DNA of 54,957 nucleotides from a virus (Duplodnaviria; Caudoviricetes): IMG/VR virus record IMGVR_UViG_3300028586_000752, positions 1 to 54,957 of that record; one strand, 5' to 3'. Shown piece by piece: positions 8,889 to 17,674 of this stretch (position 1 is its first letter; each line of letters starts with the position of its first letter). The notes under the pieces were generated by a model. It saw only the letters and a program-made list of their open reading frames with translations, ran no database searches and was not told where the DNA came from. The position numbers and the translations under genes were made by a program.

Positions 8889-9383
8889 ATGAGTCACCCA
8901 ACCACCATCGACGCGAAAGCCACCAAAGCGCTGCTCGTTAAAGCTTTGAAAGAATCCTTCCCGATCACCAAGTTCAGCGTGAAGGTGGACGGCTACAAAC
9001 GCGCTGAAATCTCTTGGGCTGGCGGCCCATCGGAAGGCGCGATCGAGAATATCTCGGCGTGGTTCGAGCTGCCATGCTCTGACTATGAAAGCCTCTCTTA
9101 CGATCGTGAGCCACAGCCGCTCACGATGATCGACGGCGAAGCGTTCATCACCGAATTCCATTACATCAGCCTGCGCCGCGCCGGAGAATCTTGGTCGGAT
9201 CGCGACGAAGACGACATCCCGAAGTTCTCCCCCGTGTTGGAGAGCCTTGTGGAGTGGGATGGCGAGGAGGAGTTCGCGGACCTTCGTGCACGGCTTGACC
9301 AAGTGCGTGCCAAAAAGCTGGCAGTCGAACTGGGAGCGATGATCAAGGCGCCGGCCGCACGAGCTCGCGCAATGGCCCTCTAA
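8889..9383 (+). CDS. LPD29-domain protein
   Basis: TKALLVKALKESFPITKFSVKVDGY...ISWAGGPS is the LPD29 pattern; ends with a basic/Ala tail KAPAARARAMAL. Confidence 0.75.
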   Translation: MSHPTTIDAKATKALLVKALKESFPITKFSVKVDGYKRAEISWAGGPSEGAIENISAWFELPCSDYESLSYDREPQPLTMIDGEAFITEFHYISLRRAGESWSDRDEDDIPKFSPVLESLVEWDGEEEFADLRARLDQVRAKKLAVELGAMIKAPAARARAMAL

Positions 9384-9425
9384 ATCAGTAGTCCCCACAA
9401 AAACTACAACACCAGGGAGAGAAGA

Positions 9426-9800
9426 ATGGAAGAGAAGAAATTTGAAACACGCGGACGCAAAGTGCAGCCCGAACTCAAGCACCGCAACGACATCATCGCA
9501 GCCCGCTATCTCGATGGGGAGTCGGTCGCCTCACTGGCTTTCGGATACGGGCTCAGCAAGGGAACGGTCCGCAACGTGCTCACGAGCCTTTGCGCCTCCC
9601 GCCGCGAGGTGAAGGCGGCGCGAAATGAAGAGATCCGCAAAGCTTACAAAGCTGGCCGGTCGTCGGGAGAGCTCGCGAAGGAATACGGCTTGCCACCGAA
9701 CTGGGCGCGGCGGATCTGCTTGACGACCGGAAAAGTCCCTCGATTTGGAGTGGTAACTGGCGCGGCATCGAAGCAAGCGGGAGACTCGCCCAAGCCTTGA
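9426..9800 (+). CDS. Tandem HTH protein (Mor-like repeats)
   Basis: RNDIIAARYLDGESVASLAFGYGLSKGTVRNVL and RNEEIRKAYKAGRSSGELAKEYGLPPNWARRI. Confidence 0.75.
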   Translation: MEEKKFETRGRKVQPELKHRNDIIAARYLDGESVASLAFGYGLSKGTVRNVLTSLCASRREVKAARNEEIRKAYKAGRSSGELAKEYGLPPNWARRICLTTGKVPRFGVVTGAASKQAGDSPKP

Positions 9801-9816
9801 GCGCGTCGCGTCAATG

Positions 9817-9847
9817 AAAGAGCCCGCTTCGGCGGGCTTTGTTTTTT
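9817..9847 (+). terminator. Intrinsic terminator with cUUCGg loop between convergent units
   Basis: agagcccgc-ttcg-gcgggcttt-gtttttt. Confidence 0.8.
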
Positions 9848-10008
9848 CGCTTTGATCCCTGCCAACAGTCCAGCCCGGCCGGTTAAAGCGAAGTTGGGCT
9901 ACAGCTCGTAAAAAAGTCGACTTGTCCACGGTTTTCGCAGCCGGTCCATAAACAGACCATGGGCAAGAGAACGGTGGGCAAGTCGACTGCTTTTCGCGCG
10001 CTGGATTT

Positions 10009-10572
10009 TCAGCGCGGGCCGCGCGACCGCGGGGCGATGTTCAAATTGAGAAGAAGCTTTTCTTGTGGAGCCGGCTCGTCTTGATTGTCGGCGAGGATCT
10101 TCAAAAGCGTCGGCTCGGTCGGGGGCCACGTCTGCGCCCATCCCAACGTCGCGAATTGCTCTTGGAACCGCGCCGCCGCCTTGGCGTATTCCGCTTCGGG
10201 CTTCTCGTGCATCATCGCGAGGGCCGCGGCATCGTAAGCGGCTTTGAGAGCTTCAAGCTTTGGCTCGGAACCGAACTTCTCGAACTCATCGAAGACGTGC
10301 TCGCTTGCTTGATGGAAGACGGCTTGGCGCAACGCTTGATCAAACGTGCCACTGCGGTCGACTTCGTCCCAGCGCTCGTCGAGGAACTCGACATGCTTCC
10401 ACAGCTCGACGGTCGGGATCGGCACCAAGCGATCGGTGAATTCGTAGCTCAGGTCGTGCAGCTTCTCTTCGAGAACAGCGCCTTTACCCGACTTGATGAT
10501 CGAAAGCGCCTCTTCAAACAGCTCGTGAGCGATCTCCCGCGACTTCTTCTCAAATTCGTAAGCCAGATCCAT
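10009..10572 (-). CDS. Ocr-like (T7 gp0.3-like) anti-restriction candidate with C-terminal extension
   Basis: LHDLSYEFTDRLVPIPTVELW resembles the Ocr core [21 protein letters not shown] (recalled from memory); acidic; ends NIAPRSRGPR. Confidence 0.5.
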   Translation of the reverse strand: MDLAYEFEKKSREIAHELFEEALSIIKSGKGAVLEEKLHDLSYEFTDRLVPIPTVELWKHVEFLDERWDEVDRSGTFDQALRQAVFHQASEHVFDEFEKFGSEPKLEALKAAYDAAALAMMHEKPEAEYAKAAARFQEQFATLGWAQTWPPTEPTLLKILADNQDEPAPQEKLLLNLNIAPRSRGPR

Positions 10573-11048
10573 CAAAGCCTCCCTTGTTTTTTTGCCGGCG
10601 TGGCGACGGTTGACGTCGATCGACGGAGCACTTCCAATTCCAATCTGGACGCCATCTGGTCATATCCGTAATGCCCAGCAAGCTCAAACATTGCGTTCAA
10701 CTTGTCGTCGGTCATGTAAGGCGCTGCGCGAAGGATCAAATCGGGGATGGGGACGCCAACTCGCGAGGGCAAATGGATGCGTGAAGCTGGCTCTGCGCGA
10801 ACAATCGTTTCCATCAGCTCTTGATCGAAAGCTTTTGACGACGAGTTCCAAAACCAGACGCCGCCAATATTCATGCCAATCGATTTCTGCACCCGGCCTT
10901 GGCAATTCGCGACTTTGTAGACATTTAAGCCGGCCTGTTTATGCCACCACCCAGCCAGATTCTCAAGCTTCTCTTGACCAGCAAGCCAAAAGCCTTCGCG
11001 CGCCACCGCCTTTTCTGCTGCAATTTGAACGCTGTGAACTTCACTCAT
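10572..11048 (-). CDS. Hypothetical protein with GRL tag
   Basis: Ends LELEVLRRSTSTVATPAKKQGRL, with the same AAGGGAGGCTTTGATG junction as the array. Confidence 0.75.
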   Translation of the reverse strand: MSEVHSVQIAAEKAVAREGFWLAGQEKLENLAGWWHKQAGLNVYKVANCQGRVQKSIGMNIGGVWFWNSSSKAFDQELMETIVRAEPASRIHLPSRVGVPIPDLILRAAPYMTDDKLNAMFELAGHYGYDQMASRLELEVLRRSTSTVATPAKKQGRL

Positions 11049-11095
11049 GTCCTATCCTCCGTTGGGCTGCTCTCTCCATTTCATTTAAGCGCGCC

Positions 11096-11698
11096 TCATC
11101 CAAACGAACAACGGCCGCCAGATAGGCGGCTCGTTGCGTGGATCGGCGGCTGATCAGGACCGGCGGAGGAGCGCATCGCGCACCTTGGCCCACAGGCCAG
11201 GCTCCATTGACTTGGTGGCGGCAGGCTGTCGATGGCGTTGAGCTCTTCATTGATGCCGTCGAGGCGTTTCCAAAGCAGCTTGTTTTCGGCGAGCAGCTCG
11301 GAGACGTGCAACTCAAGTTCGACGATGCGCTTTTGGTCGGCGTTGCCGTCATCCGCGTGCTGATTGATCGTCGCCACGATCTTATCCAGCAGCGGAGCGA
11401 CATCGATGAGCCACGATTGGTCGTCCGCTTGCGCCTGCGGCTTGGCTTGCTTGTAGTGCTTTTTGAGGATGTTGCTGACGTGGCCTTGCGAGATGTCGTG
11501 CATCAGACCGACTTCACGCTGCGTCAAGCCGCGCTCGTAGTCCTCCACGACTTTCTCATGGCTCGCTACGCGTGACCGGCCGCGGTTCACAATGGTCGGT
11601 GGCGTTTGCTTCATGACGGCTGCGGTCTCTTTGGTGATGAGGCCGGCTTTGTGAAGGCTGTCAGCGTAGTTGTCTTGCGCGGTGGTCTCGGTGGTCAT
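11096..11698 (-). CDS. HTH plus coiled-coil protein; 3' end uncertain
   Basis: YERGLTQREVGLMHDISQGHVSNILKK HTH; CAGGAG SD; the last ~40 codons look non-coding and run through a hairpin at ~11110-11135. Confidence 0.6.
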   Translation of the reverse strand: MTTETTAQDNYADSLHKAGLITKETAAVMKQTPPTIVNRGRSRVASHEKVVEDYERGLTQREVGLMHDISQGHVSNILKKHYKQAKPQAQADDQSWLIDVAPLLDKIVATINQHADDGNADQKRIVELELHVSELLAENKLLWKRLDGINEELNAIDSLPPPSQWSLACGPRCAMRSSAGPDQPPIHATSRLSGGRCSFG

Positions 11699-11728
11699 CT
11701 CTCTTTCTCCTGGTGGTTGGGATTGGGT

Positions 11729-12085
11729 TTACAGGCGGCCGGCCGACGACTTGCGGGGTTCAATCGTTGGCTGAATCGCTTGAAGCATGCACAGCGCCTC
11801 CCAGTCCGCGAATTCAGACTTCACAAGCGGGAGGTTTTCGAGGTAAAGCTTCGAGAGCATCTGGCCGAGATGCTCACGCGGTCGGGCTAAGCGCATTGCT
11901 GCCCGCAAGTAGGGTGCCGAACGGCGGTTGTCGAGGAAGTGGACGCACATCAGGCTCCGAAAACCGGCTGTATGCGCTAGGAAGGCTTTGGCGTATCCGT
12001 TCTCGCCGGCGCGGATCTCGACTTGGAAGCCCTCGGCTTCGATCGCGAGAAGGTCTTGATTTGGTGTGCGGGCTTTGCCGGCCAT
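11729..12085 (-). CDS. Hypothetical protein with GRL tag
   Basis: GGAG SD, ATG 12085; ends ADWEALCMLQAIQPTIEPRKSSAGRL. Confidence 0.7.
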   Translation of the reverse strand: MAGKARTPNQDLLAIEAEGFQVEIRAGENGYAKAFLAHTAGFRSLMCVHFLDNRRSAPYLRAAMRLARPREHLGQMLSKLYLENLPLVKSEFADWEALCMLQAIQPTIEPRKSSAGRL

Positions 12086-12281
12086 GGGTGGGTCTCCGTG
12101 TAGTGCAGGGGTCTTCGATGGATTCACCATCTCGCACGCCCATGCACTAATCAACCTCCGCACATCGATAAAGAAAGACCGCCAGATAGGCGGCCTGTTT
12201 GGTGTTGTGAGCGGTCAGTTCAGCGTCGCTTTTCGATCTGCCGCCGCATCTCCTGCAGGATTTCGAGCGTCTCGCGATCCA

Positions 12282-12599
12282 TCAGTGCGCCCCCACGGAG
12301 TGGCCGGCGGGGCAGGCGGCATTGACGACGATGAAATGGGGGATGCCGATTTCGCAAAGCGTTTGGTGCAGCGAGTCGAGCGAGCCGAAGCGCCGCGTCC
12401 GATTTCGAGCGCTGGCAAGCATCATGCCGTTCACTTCGAGCGTCCACGAGCCCTTGGAAGACGTCGAGCGAGCGCCTTTGCCGTCGGCGATCGCCACCGC
12501 TTTGAAGAGGTCTTGCAAATCCTTGCGCCCGGAATTGCGTGCGACGCTTACCAGCGAAGCCAGGTCGGACGCGGTGATCGCTTTTTGTTTCTCTGCCAT
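12282..12599 (-). CDS. Small plasmid-type protein (ParC-like/partition-associated family)
   Basis: LASARNRTRRFGSLDSLHQTLCEIGIPHFIV resembles the LxxxRxxxRxFxTLDxxxxxLxxxGIxxFxV family found on plasmids. Confidence 0.45.
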   Translation of the reverse strand: MAEKQKAITASDLASLVSVARNSGRKDLQDLFKAVAIADGKGARSTSSKGSWTLEVNGMMLASARNRTRRFGSLDSLHQTLCEIGIPHFIVVNAACPAGHSVGAH

Positions 12600-12635
12600 G
12601 ATTTTTCCTTTTTCTTAGATGGCGTGGGGGAGCGA

Positions 12636-13061
12636 TCAACGCTTCCAGGGCTTTCCGCGGCCGACAGTGAAGACGGGGATGCCGTTGCCGGCGGCGTCGG
12701 GCAGCGCGGAGACGACTTTGAAGTCACGCTTGAACGCTTCTGCACGGTCAGCGAACTCGGCGTGCTGAATCATCTCGTTGAACGAAAGCTCGAGAATTTC
12801 GGCGATTAAGCCCATCAGCGGGTCGACGATCTTCGCTTGAAGCGGGTGGTCTGGGTTGCTGACCGCTGCTGCAGCTTCGTCCTCAGGAAGTCCGAGCATG
12901 ATCGCGACTTCCGTCGCAGTGTCTTGGGCTTTGCGCAGGCCGCGATCGAACATCGGCTTGTTCATGAAGATTTCAGCGAACATGCGCTCGCTGGGGCTCA
13001 GCTCGGGTTCTTCAGGCTGGGTGCTCGGCAGCTTGTTGCCACTTGCATCGACGATTTTCAT
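12636..13061 (-). CDS. Hypothetical protein
   Basis: AAGGA SD, ATG, coding-like composition, co-directional operon. Confidence 0.65.
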   Translation of the reverse strand: MKIVDASGNKLPSTQPEEPELSPSERMFAEIFMNKPMFDRGLRKAQDTATEVAIMLGLPEDEAAAAVSNPDHPLQAKIVDPLMGLIAEILELSFNEMIQHAEFADRAEAFKRDFKVVSALPDAAGNGIPVFTVGRGKPWKR

Positions 13062-13073
13062 GGGTTTTCCTTT

Positions 13074-13643
13074 TTAGAGGGATTTGGCTTTGGAAGACGC
13101 GTGGGGCGCGGCAGGGACTTCATCTTTGAGCACATGCGCTTCCCAGCGCGCGAGCGACTCCGGGTCGGACGTGGTGAATTCGCAGCGGACCAGGCGCACC
13201 GCGAGATCGGTGTCGCCGCCAGCGAGAGCGTAGTTCTCATAGAGCGACTGGCGGAAATTGGCGAATGAGCGGGCAAACTCTTCAACGAAGATGCCGCCGG
13301 GGGAGCAGAACTGACCGAGCGCGCGGCATGAAAAAGAAAGCTCCATCACGATCGCCGGTGCTCGATAGGCAACGGCGGGTTCGGGGAGGATGGCGACAAG
13401 GTGCATGCAATCTTTGTCGAACAAGCTGTTCTCAACCGTCAGATCGAACGCCACGCGGGCCAGCTCCATCTCGGTTGGCATCAGCTTCGCGGCACGCATC
13501 GCGTTGCGCATCATACGAAGCTGCTCTTTGGTTTTGTGAAGCTCGTGCGCGAGCCTCAGGACGCGGCCGACAGACTCCGGGGTCTCAGCCGCCTCCGTCG
13601 AGCTCGTCGCGTTCATCGCTGAATATTCATCGTAGGGGTTCAT
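13074..13643 (-). CDS. Hypothetical protein with variant C-terminal tag
   Basis: AAGGAG SD; ends ARWEAHVLKDEVPAAPHASSKAKSL. Confidence 0.7.
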   Translation of the reverse strand: MNPYDEYSAMNATSSTEAAETPESVGRVLRLAHELHKTKEQLRMMRNAMRAAKLMPTEMELARVAFDLTVENSLFDKDCMHLVAILPEPAVAYRAPAIVMELSFSCRALGQFCSPGGIFVEEFARSFANFRQSLYENYALAGGDTDLAVRLVRCEFTTSDPESLARWEAHVLKDEVPAAPHASSKAKSL

Positions 13644-13653
13644 CGCATGCTCC

Positions 13654-14088
13654 TTATTTTTGCTTTTGCTTGCGGAAGATTTTGAAGTTGCTGATGTAGC
13701 CGGCGATGTGATCAGCCCAAGATTTCGACGTGTTCATGTAGTCGAGATCGGGGTTCACGAGGCAAACAGCGATGTGCGAATCGTTCCAAAATTCTTTGAA
13801 CGCGACGAAGTCGACGGCAGGGTGCAGCAAATGCTTGATCAAGTCTGGAATGTCGAGCGTGGTCTTGTAGCCGTGATCATCGGCCCAACGGCGCCACTGG
13901 CCGGTCGCCACCGCGAGCTCCCATTCGTCGACTTCATGGCGTGCCGGGTGGACTTGAAAGAGAGGGGGCAGGCCCCGCAGGTATTTGCCGGCGGCGATGC
14001 GCACGACTTCAGGATCGATGACAACTGCTTGCAAGTCGATCTTTGCAAGCGTCTCGCGATCGATGCTCGCGAGTGTGGCGGGAACCAT
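13654..14088 (-). CDS. Hypothetical protein
   Basis: AAGGAG SD then ATG 14088. Confidence 0.65.
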   Translation of the reverse strand: MVPATLASIDRETLAKIDLQAVVIDPEVVRIAAGKYLRGLPPLFQVHPARHEVDEWELAVATGQWRRWADDHGYKTTLDIPDLIKHLLHPAVDFVAFKEFWNDSHIAVCLVNPDLDYMNTSKSWADHIAGYISNFKIFRKQKQK

Positions 14089-14105
14089 GGTGTTGCTCCT
14101 TTTTT

Positions 14106-14765
14106 TTATTGACCGCTCTTGGGCGGCTTGGCTTTCGGTGATGCGGGGTGCCGGCGCTTCCATTCTTCGCGCGCGGCTAAAATCATCTTGTCCATAGGGT
14201 ATTGGAAGATCTCAGCGACCCTATCGACTGGCTCTGCTGGGCTCTGCGCTACCGGATCTTGCGACGCGAACTGGGGATCGAGCGCGGCGGGATACTGGAC
14301 CGCCACTTCGATCGAACCCTTTCCGCGCACGCTGAGAAACGCTCGCCGCTCACGCCAGTCCCCGACTTGGAGGCTTGGGGGAGGCGGCGGTGGCGGGGCC
14401 GGCGGAGAGATGCTGACTTTGCGCCCGCGAGCGCTCTCGATCACGCGCCACACCGCGGCAACGGGCGACAGCTTGTAGATCTCGATGTAGTCCGCGTCCT
14501 TGAGGGCACCGAGGATCGGCTCGATCTTCTCAATCGGCTCGTCGAAGAATTTGCAAACCGCGCTCGTCGTCCGGCACTTCATCGAGATCAGCTTGAAGAT
14601 GTCTTGGGGGAGGTCGTTCGAGCGGATGCGCTTCGGGAGCGATCGCGACAACGCCGGCGCGTTGCCGGCGTTGATTTGCTTAGTGACCAAACGGGCGTGG
14701 TCTTCAAGTGCCCGCAAGGCGGAAGTGTCGACCAAGAGCGATTGACGCTGCGATTTGCTGTCCAT
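14106..14765 (-). CDS. Hypothetical protein (possible winged helix plus poly-Pro linker)
   Basis: ATG directly follows the upstream stop; IFKLISMKCRTTSAVCKFFDEPIEKIEPILGALKDADYIE is wHTH-like. Confidence 0.55.
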   Translation of the reverse strand: MDSKSQRQSLLVDTSALRALEDHARLVTKQINAGNAPALSRSLPKRIRSNDLPQDIFKLISMKCRTTSAVCKFFDEPIEKIEPILGALKDADYIEIYKLSPVAAVWRVIESARGRKVSISPPAPPPPPPPSLQVGDWRERRAFLSVRGKGSIEVAVQYPAALDPQFASQDPVAQSPAEPVDRVAEIFQYPMDKMILAAREEWKRRHPASPKAKPPKSGQ

Positions 14766-15266
14766 TTATTGCTCGTCGAAGTCCATGCTCATCGGGACAA
14801 CGTCGCCGTCGTTGGTCTTGCCAAGCTTGGTGCGCAGCGCTGAGATCTGGCGAGCGGTGTTCGATGCATTGTTCATCACGTGCATCGACAGCTCATCGAA
14901 CGCGCCCTCGAACATCTTTGAGCTTTTCTCTGCGGCGTCCAAGCGTGCCTCCATCTCTTTGATGCGTCGTTCGGCTGCCTTCAAGTGCGAGATCATGTTC
15001 TGCATTGCGTCGACCATGTCTTGTTTCGAGACAGTGGCTGCGTCAATCTTTGACGGAGCTTTCGGTGCTGGCTCGCCTTTGACTTCGGCGGTCTTTGCTT
15101 GGAGGTCGGCTTGCTTGCGGGCCAGTTCAGCGCCGGTCATCACGCCAGGGGCGACGGCTTTGAGGTTTTGCAGCGCTGCTGCGGTATTCACAGCTCCGGG
15201 AGCCGCATCGATGTGGGCTTGGACGGTGGCGGAAGGCTTGCTGTCAAATTTTGCTTGGAATCCCAT
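14766..15266 (-). CDS. Hypothetical coiled-coil protein
   Basis: GAGGAG SD, ATG 15266; heptad C-terminal half. Confidence 0.7.
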   Translation of the reverse strand: MGFQAKFDSKPSATVQAHIDAAPGAVNTAAALQNLKAVAPGVMTGAELARKQADLQAKTAEVKGEPAPKAPSKIDAATVSKQDMVDAMQNMISHLKAAERRIKEMEARLDAAEKSSKMFEGAFDELSMHVMNNASNTARQISALRTKLGKTNDGDVVPMSMDFDEQ

Positions 15267-15412
15267 TTTTTTCTCCTCAGTTGTTTGCCGGCTCTCTCTT
15301 TCCGGGTGGGGATCGCTGCCCCACGAATTCACTTAATCACTCGCGTTGCCCATGGTCAACACATGCACGCATCCGAGGGGGACAGAAGGCATGGTTGGCG
15401 ACAGGCGGTCGA

Positions 15413-16435
15413 TCAGAGGGCGACGCCTCCGGTGCGACGACGCTCAGCGTGCTGGGCCGTGGCCTTGTCGGCGTAACCGCCGCGACGTTCGGGGATGAAG
15501 ATGCTTTGCCATCCACCGATCACGGCCCGCGTGATCAGGTCAACGACGTCGTGCTTATCTTCGTGAGCCCGGATGCACTGACCGATGAACATCTGCGCGG
15601 CTTGCAGCGTGAGCGGCTTCTTGATGGCGTTGCGACTGTTGACGAACGCGAGATAGGTCTCCCGCGGCAGGAAGTTTGGAAGTTCGATCGCGGCGACTTG
15701 GTCCGCTTCCGAAGTGGCTTTCTCGCGTTTGCGGGCGGCTTTTGACGGGGCTGGGGTGGGCTTCTCAGCCGGAACCAACGGGGCAGGTGCCGGAATCCCG
15801 GCCACGGGTGGCAAGTCGAACACTGGCGCCGCGCTAACGCTTGCGAGATCGATGCCGAAGTCTTCGTCGGACCAGTCGTCCGCATAGGGCATCGCGTCTT
15901 CAAAATTCTCGGCCGGCGGAAAAGTGGGGATGCGACTCTCAGCGATCACGACCGGAGCGGGCTGCGGCTCAATTGGCGTGGGCGCCACGGCGCGATCGGG
16001 GGCGGGCTGGGGGATTGGTGCGGCAACTGGTGCGGAAGCCTCTGGGGCCTTTTCACGAGCTCGCTTCGCTTGGACGGCCGGCGTGCTGATATAGATGTTG
16101 GCCCAGCGATCTGCAAGCGTGATTTCTTCGCCGTCGACTTCCAAAAATCCTTGCTCGACCAAGCGACCGACAGCCGCCTCGATCTTGGAGCCGCCCATGG
16201 ATCGGGAAAGCCGTTTGAACGTGAGCGGCTCGAACATCAAAGCGGCGGCGGTCCAGTAGACCGAGCGCTCCCGGTCGGTGAGCTCGTGATACTCGTCGCT
16301 CGTGGCAATGCCGCGGCTGACCTTCAAGGTGAATTTGTCCGTCCTTTTCATGATGCGTCGCTCCAGGGTTAGGTTGCTCTCTCGATCTTCAATAAACAGC
16401 CGCCCTTGTCCGTTGTCCAGTAGAAAGCCTTCCAT
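15413..16435 (-). CDS. Phage replication initiator-like protein (start uncertain; ORF open to 16546)
   Basis: N-terminal wHTH-like segment, Pro/Ala linker, and C-terminal LPNFLPRETYLAFVNSRNAIKKPLT...AVIGGWQSIF typical of phage replication proteins. Confidence 0.7.
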   Translation of the reverse strand: MEGFLLDNGQGRLFIEDRESNLTLERRIMKRTDKFTLKVSRGIATSDEYHELTDRERSVYWTAAALMFEPLTFKRLSRSMGGSKIEAAVGRLVEQGFLEVDGEEITLADRWANIYISTPAVQAKRAREKAPEASAPVAAPIPQPAPDRAVAPTPIEPQPAPVVIAESRIPTFPPAENFEDAMPYADDWSDEDFGIDLASVSAAPVFDLPPVAGIPAPAPLVPAEKPTPAPSKAARKREKATSEADQVAAIELPNFLPRETYLAFVNSRNAIKKPLTLQAAQMFIGQCIRAHEDKHDVVDLITRAVIGGWQSIFIPERRGGYADKATAQHAERRRTGGVAL

Positions 16436-16542
16436 TGGGCATCTTTTCTGGATGGGCGGCATGTTTTGAAGGGTGAGCGGCGAGTCGTTCTGGCGCGAAA
16501 CGGGAAGATTTCGGGATGAAGTTGGGAGCAAAACGGGAGGAC

Positions 16543-17490
16543 TCAAAAACGAAGCTTCATAGGGGAATCTTGCTGTTTTGAAGGATCGTGAAATATTTCA
16601 AGAGATTTCATCCGCATTTCATCCGCATTTCCATCGTGTTTCATGCGCCCCGGTTCGGTGCCTTCAAAAGGCTCGTCGGCAGCAGGCTTTGAGCGGGAAG
16701 TCGGCAGCGATTCGGGCACCGACGCCTCGACCAGGGCGGCATTTTCCAACGCCTCTTCGCTGCCGTCGCTCGTGTTCGTCAGCGACTCCCATAGATTACG
16801 GAACCATAGATACTGTTTGCGGTTGGGGTTGCGCTGCCGTGGCTCAGCGCCGATACGAGCCCAGCCCATGAGCTTTCCGACTTTCTCGTAGAAGCGATCG
16901 AGGAAGGCTTTCATCGCCGCTTTGTATTTTTCGCGCCGGTTCGGGCCGCGGTCGTCGGCGTGCTTGCCCGGGTGGTTGGCGCCGATCCCAAGCTTGCCGC
17001 CGCTCTCCGGCACGTTGTAAGGCAGCAGCATGAAGTGAACGTGGGGGAAGCGTTCGTCGATGTGGGCAACCACGGAATGAACGCGCTCGCCGAACTCTTC
17101 GCGAAGAAACGTGATCGTGTATTCGCAAAATTCGCCAAAAGCCCGCCACTCCTGAGGGTTTTCGAGCATGTCTTTGGTTTCCGTCGGATAGCTTGCGACA
17201 CCAGCCACCAGCAGTTGGGCATCTTTCCGCATTCTTTTGGGGCTCTGGCTATCAAATTCGGCGACTTTTTGGCGAATCAGGGGGATGGCACCGGAAGGGG
17301 GGCCAAAGGGGCAAAAAAGGGGTATTTCCGCGAGGGGCTCGGAAACGTGCGGAATCGCCGAGGGCCGGCGGGTCATCTCGTTGATGACGCCGGAGATGGT
17401 GCGACGGCCCTTCGACGACTTGAAGCCGTAACTTTCCAAGCGGATGAAGCCGACCTTCTGCGGCGGCTTGCGAGCGGTGGTGGTGGGCAT
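16543..17490 (-). CDS. mob: Mob_Pre (MOBV-type) relaxase / plasmid recombination protein
   Basis: VAHIDERFPHVH (HxDExxPHxH), RKDAQLLVAGVASYP, FLREEFGERVHSVV, N-terminal GFIRLESY; AAGGAG SD then ATG 17490. Confidence 0.85.
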   Translation of the reverse strand: MPTTTARKPPQKVGFIRLESYGFKSSKGRRTISGVINEMTRRPSAIPHVSEPLAEIPLFCPFGPPSGAIPLIRQKVAEFDSQSPKRMRKDAQLLVAGVASYPTETKDMLENPQEWRAFGEFCEYTITFLREEFGERVHSVVAHIDERFPHVHFMLLPYNVPESGGKLGIGANHPGKHADDRGPNRREKYKAAMKAFLDRFYEKVGKLMGWARIGAEPRQRNPNRKQYLWFRNLWESLTNTSDGSEEALENAALVEASVPESLPTSRSKPAADEPFEGTEPGRMKHDGNADEMRMKSLEIFHDPSKQQDSPMKLRF

Positions 17491-17674
17491 GGCGGTCTCC
17501 TTGGCGGCTTGCTGCTCTCTCCGCTTCATCATCTCGCGCTGCGGCGAGCGGCGAAAGCGCGGGGGCCGCTTCCCCGGCGAGCGGCGGCCGCGTTTTTTTT
17601 GATTCCGCCTTCGTCGGTTCGTCCTGCTCCAGCCCGCCCTTGGCTTTGCTCGTGTGCGCGTGAGGCCGACTCTC

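Noticed and set aside
2805-11740. GRL/ARL as a peroxisomal PTS1 signal
   Set aside because: The context is a bacterial phage with no sign of a eukaryotic target, and GRL is not the canonical PTS1.
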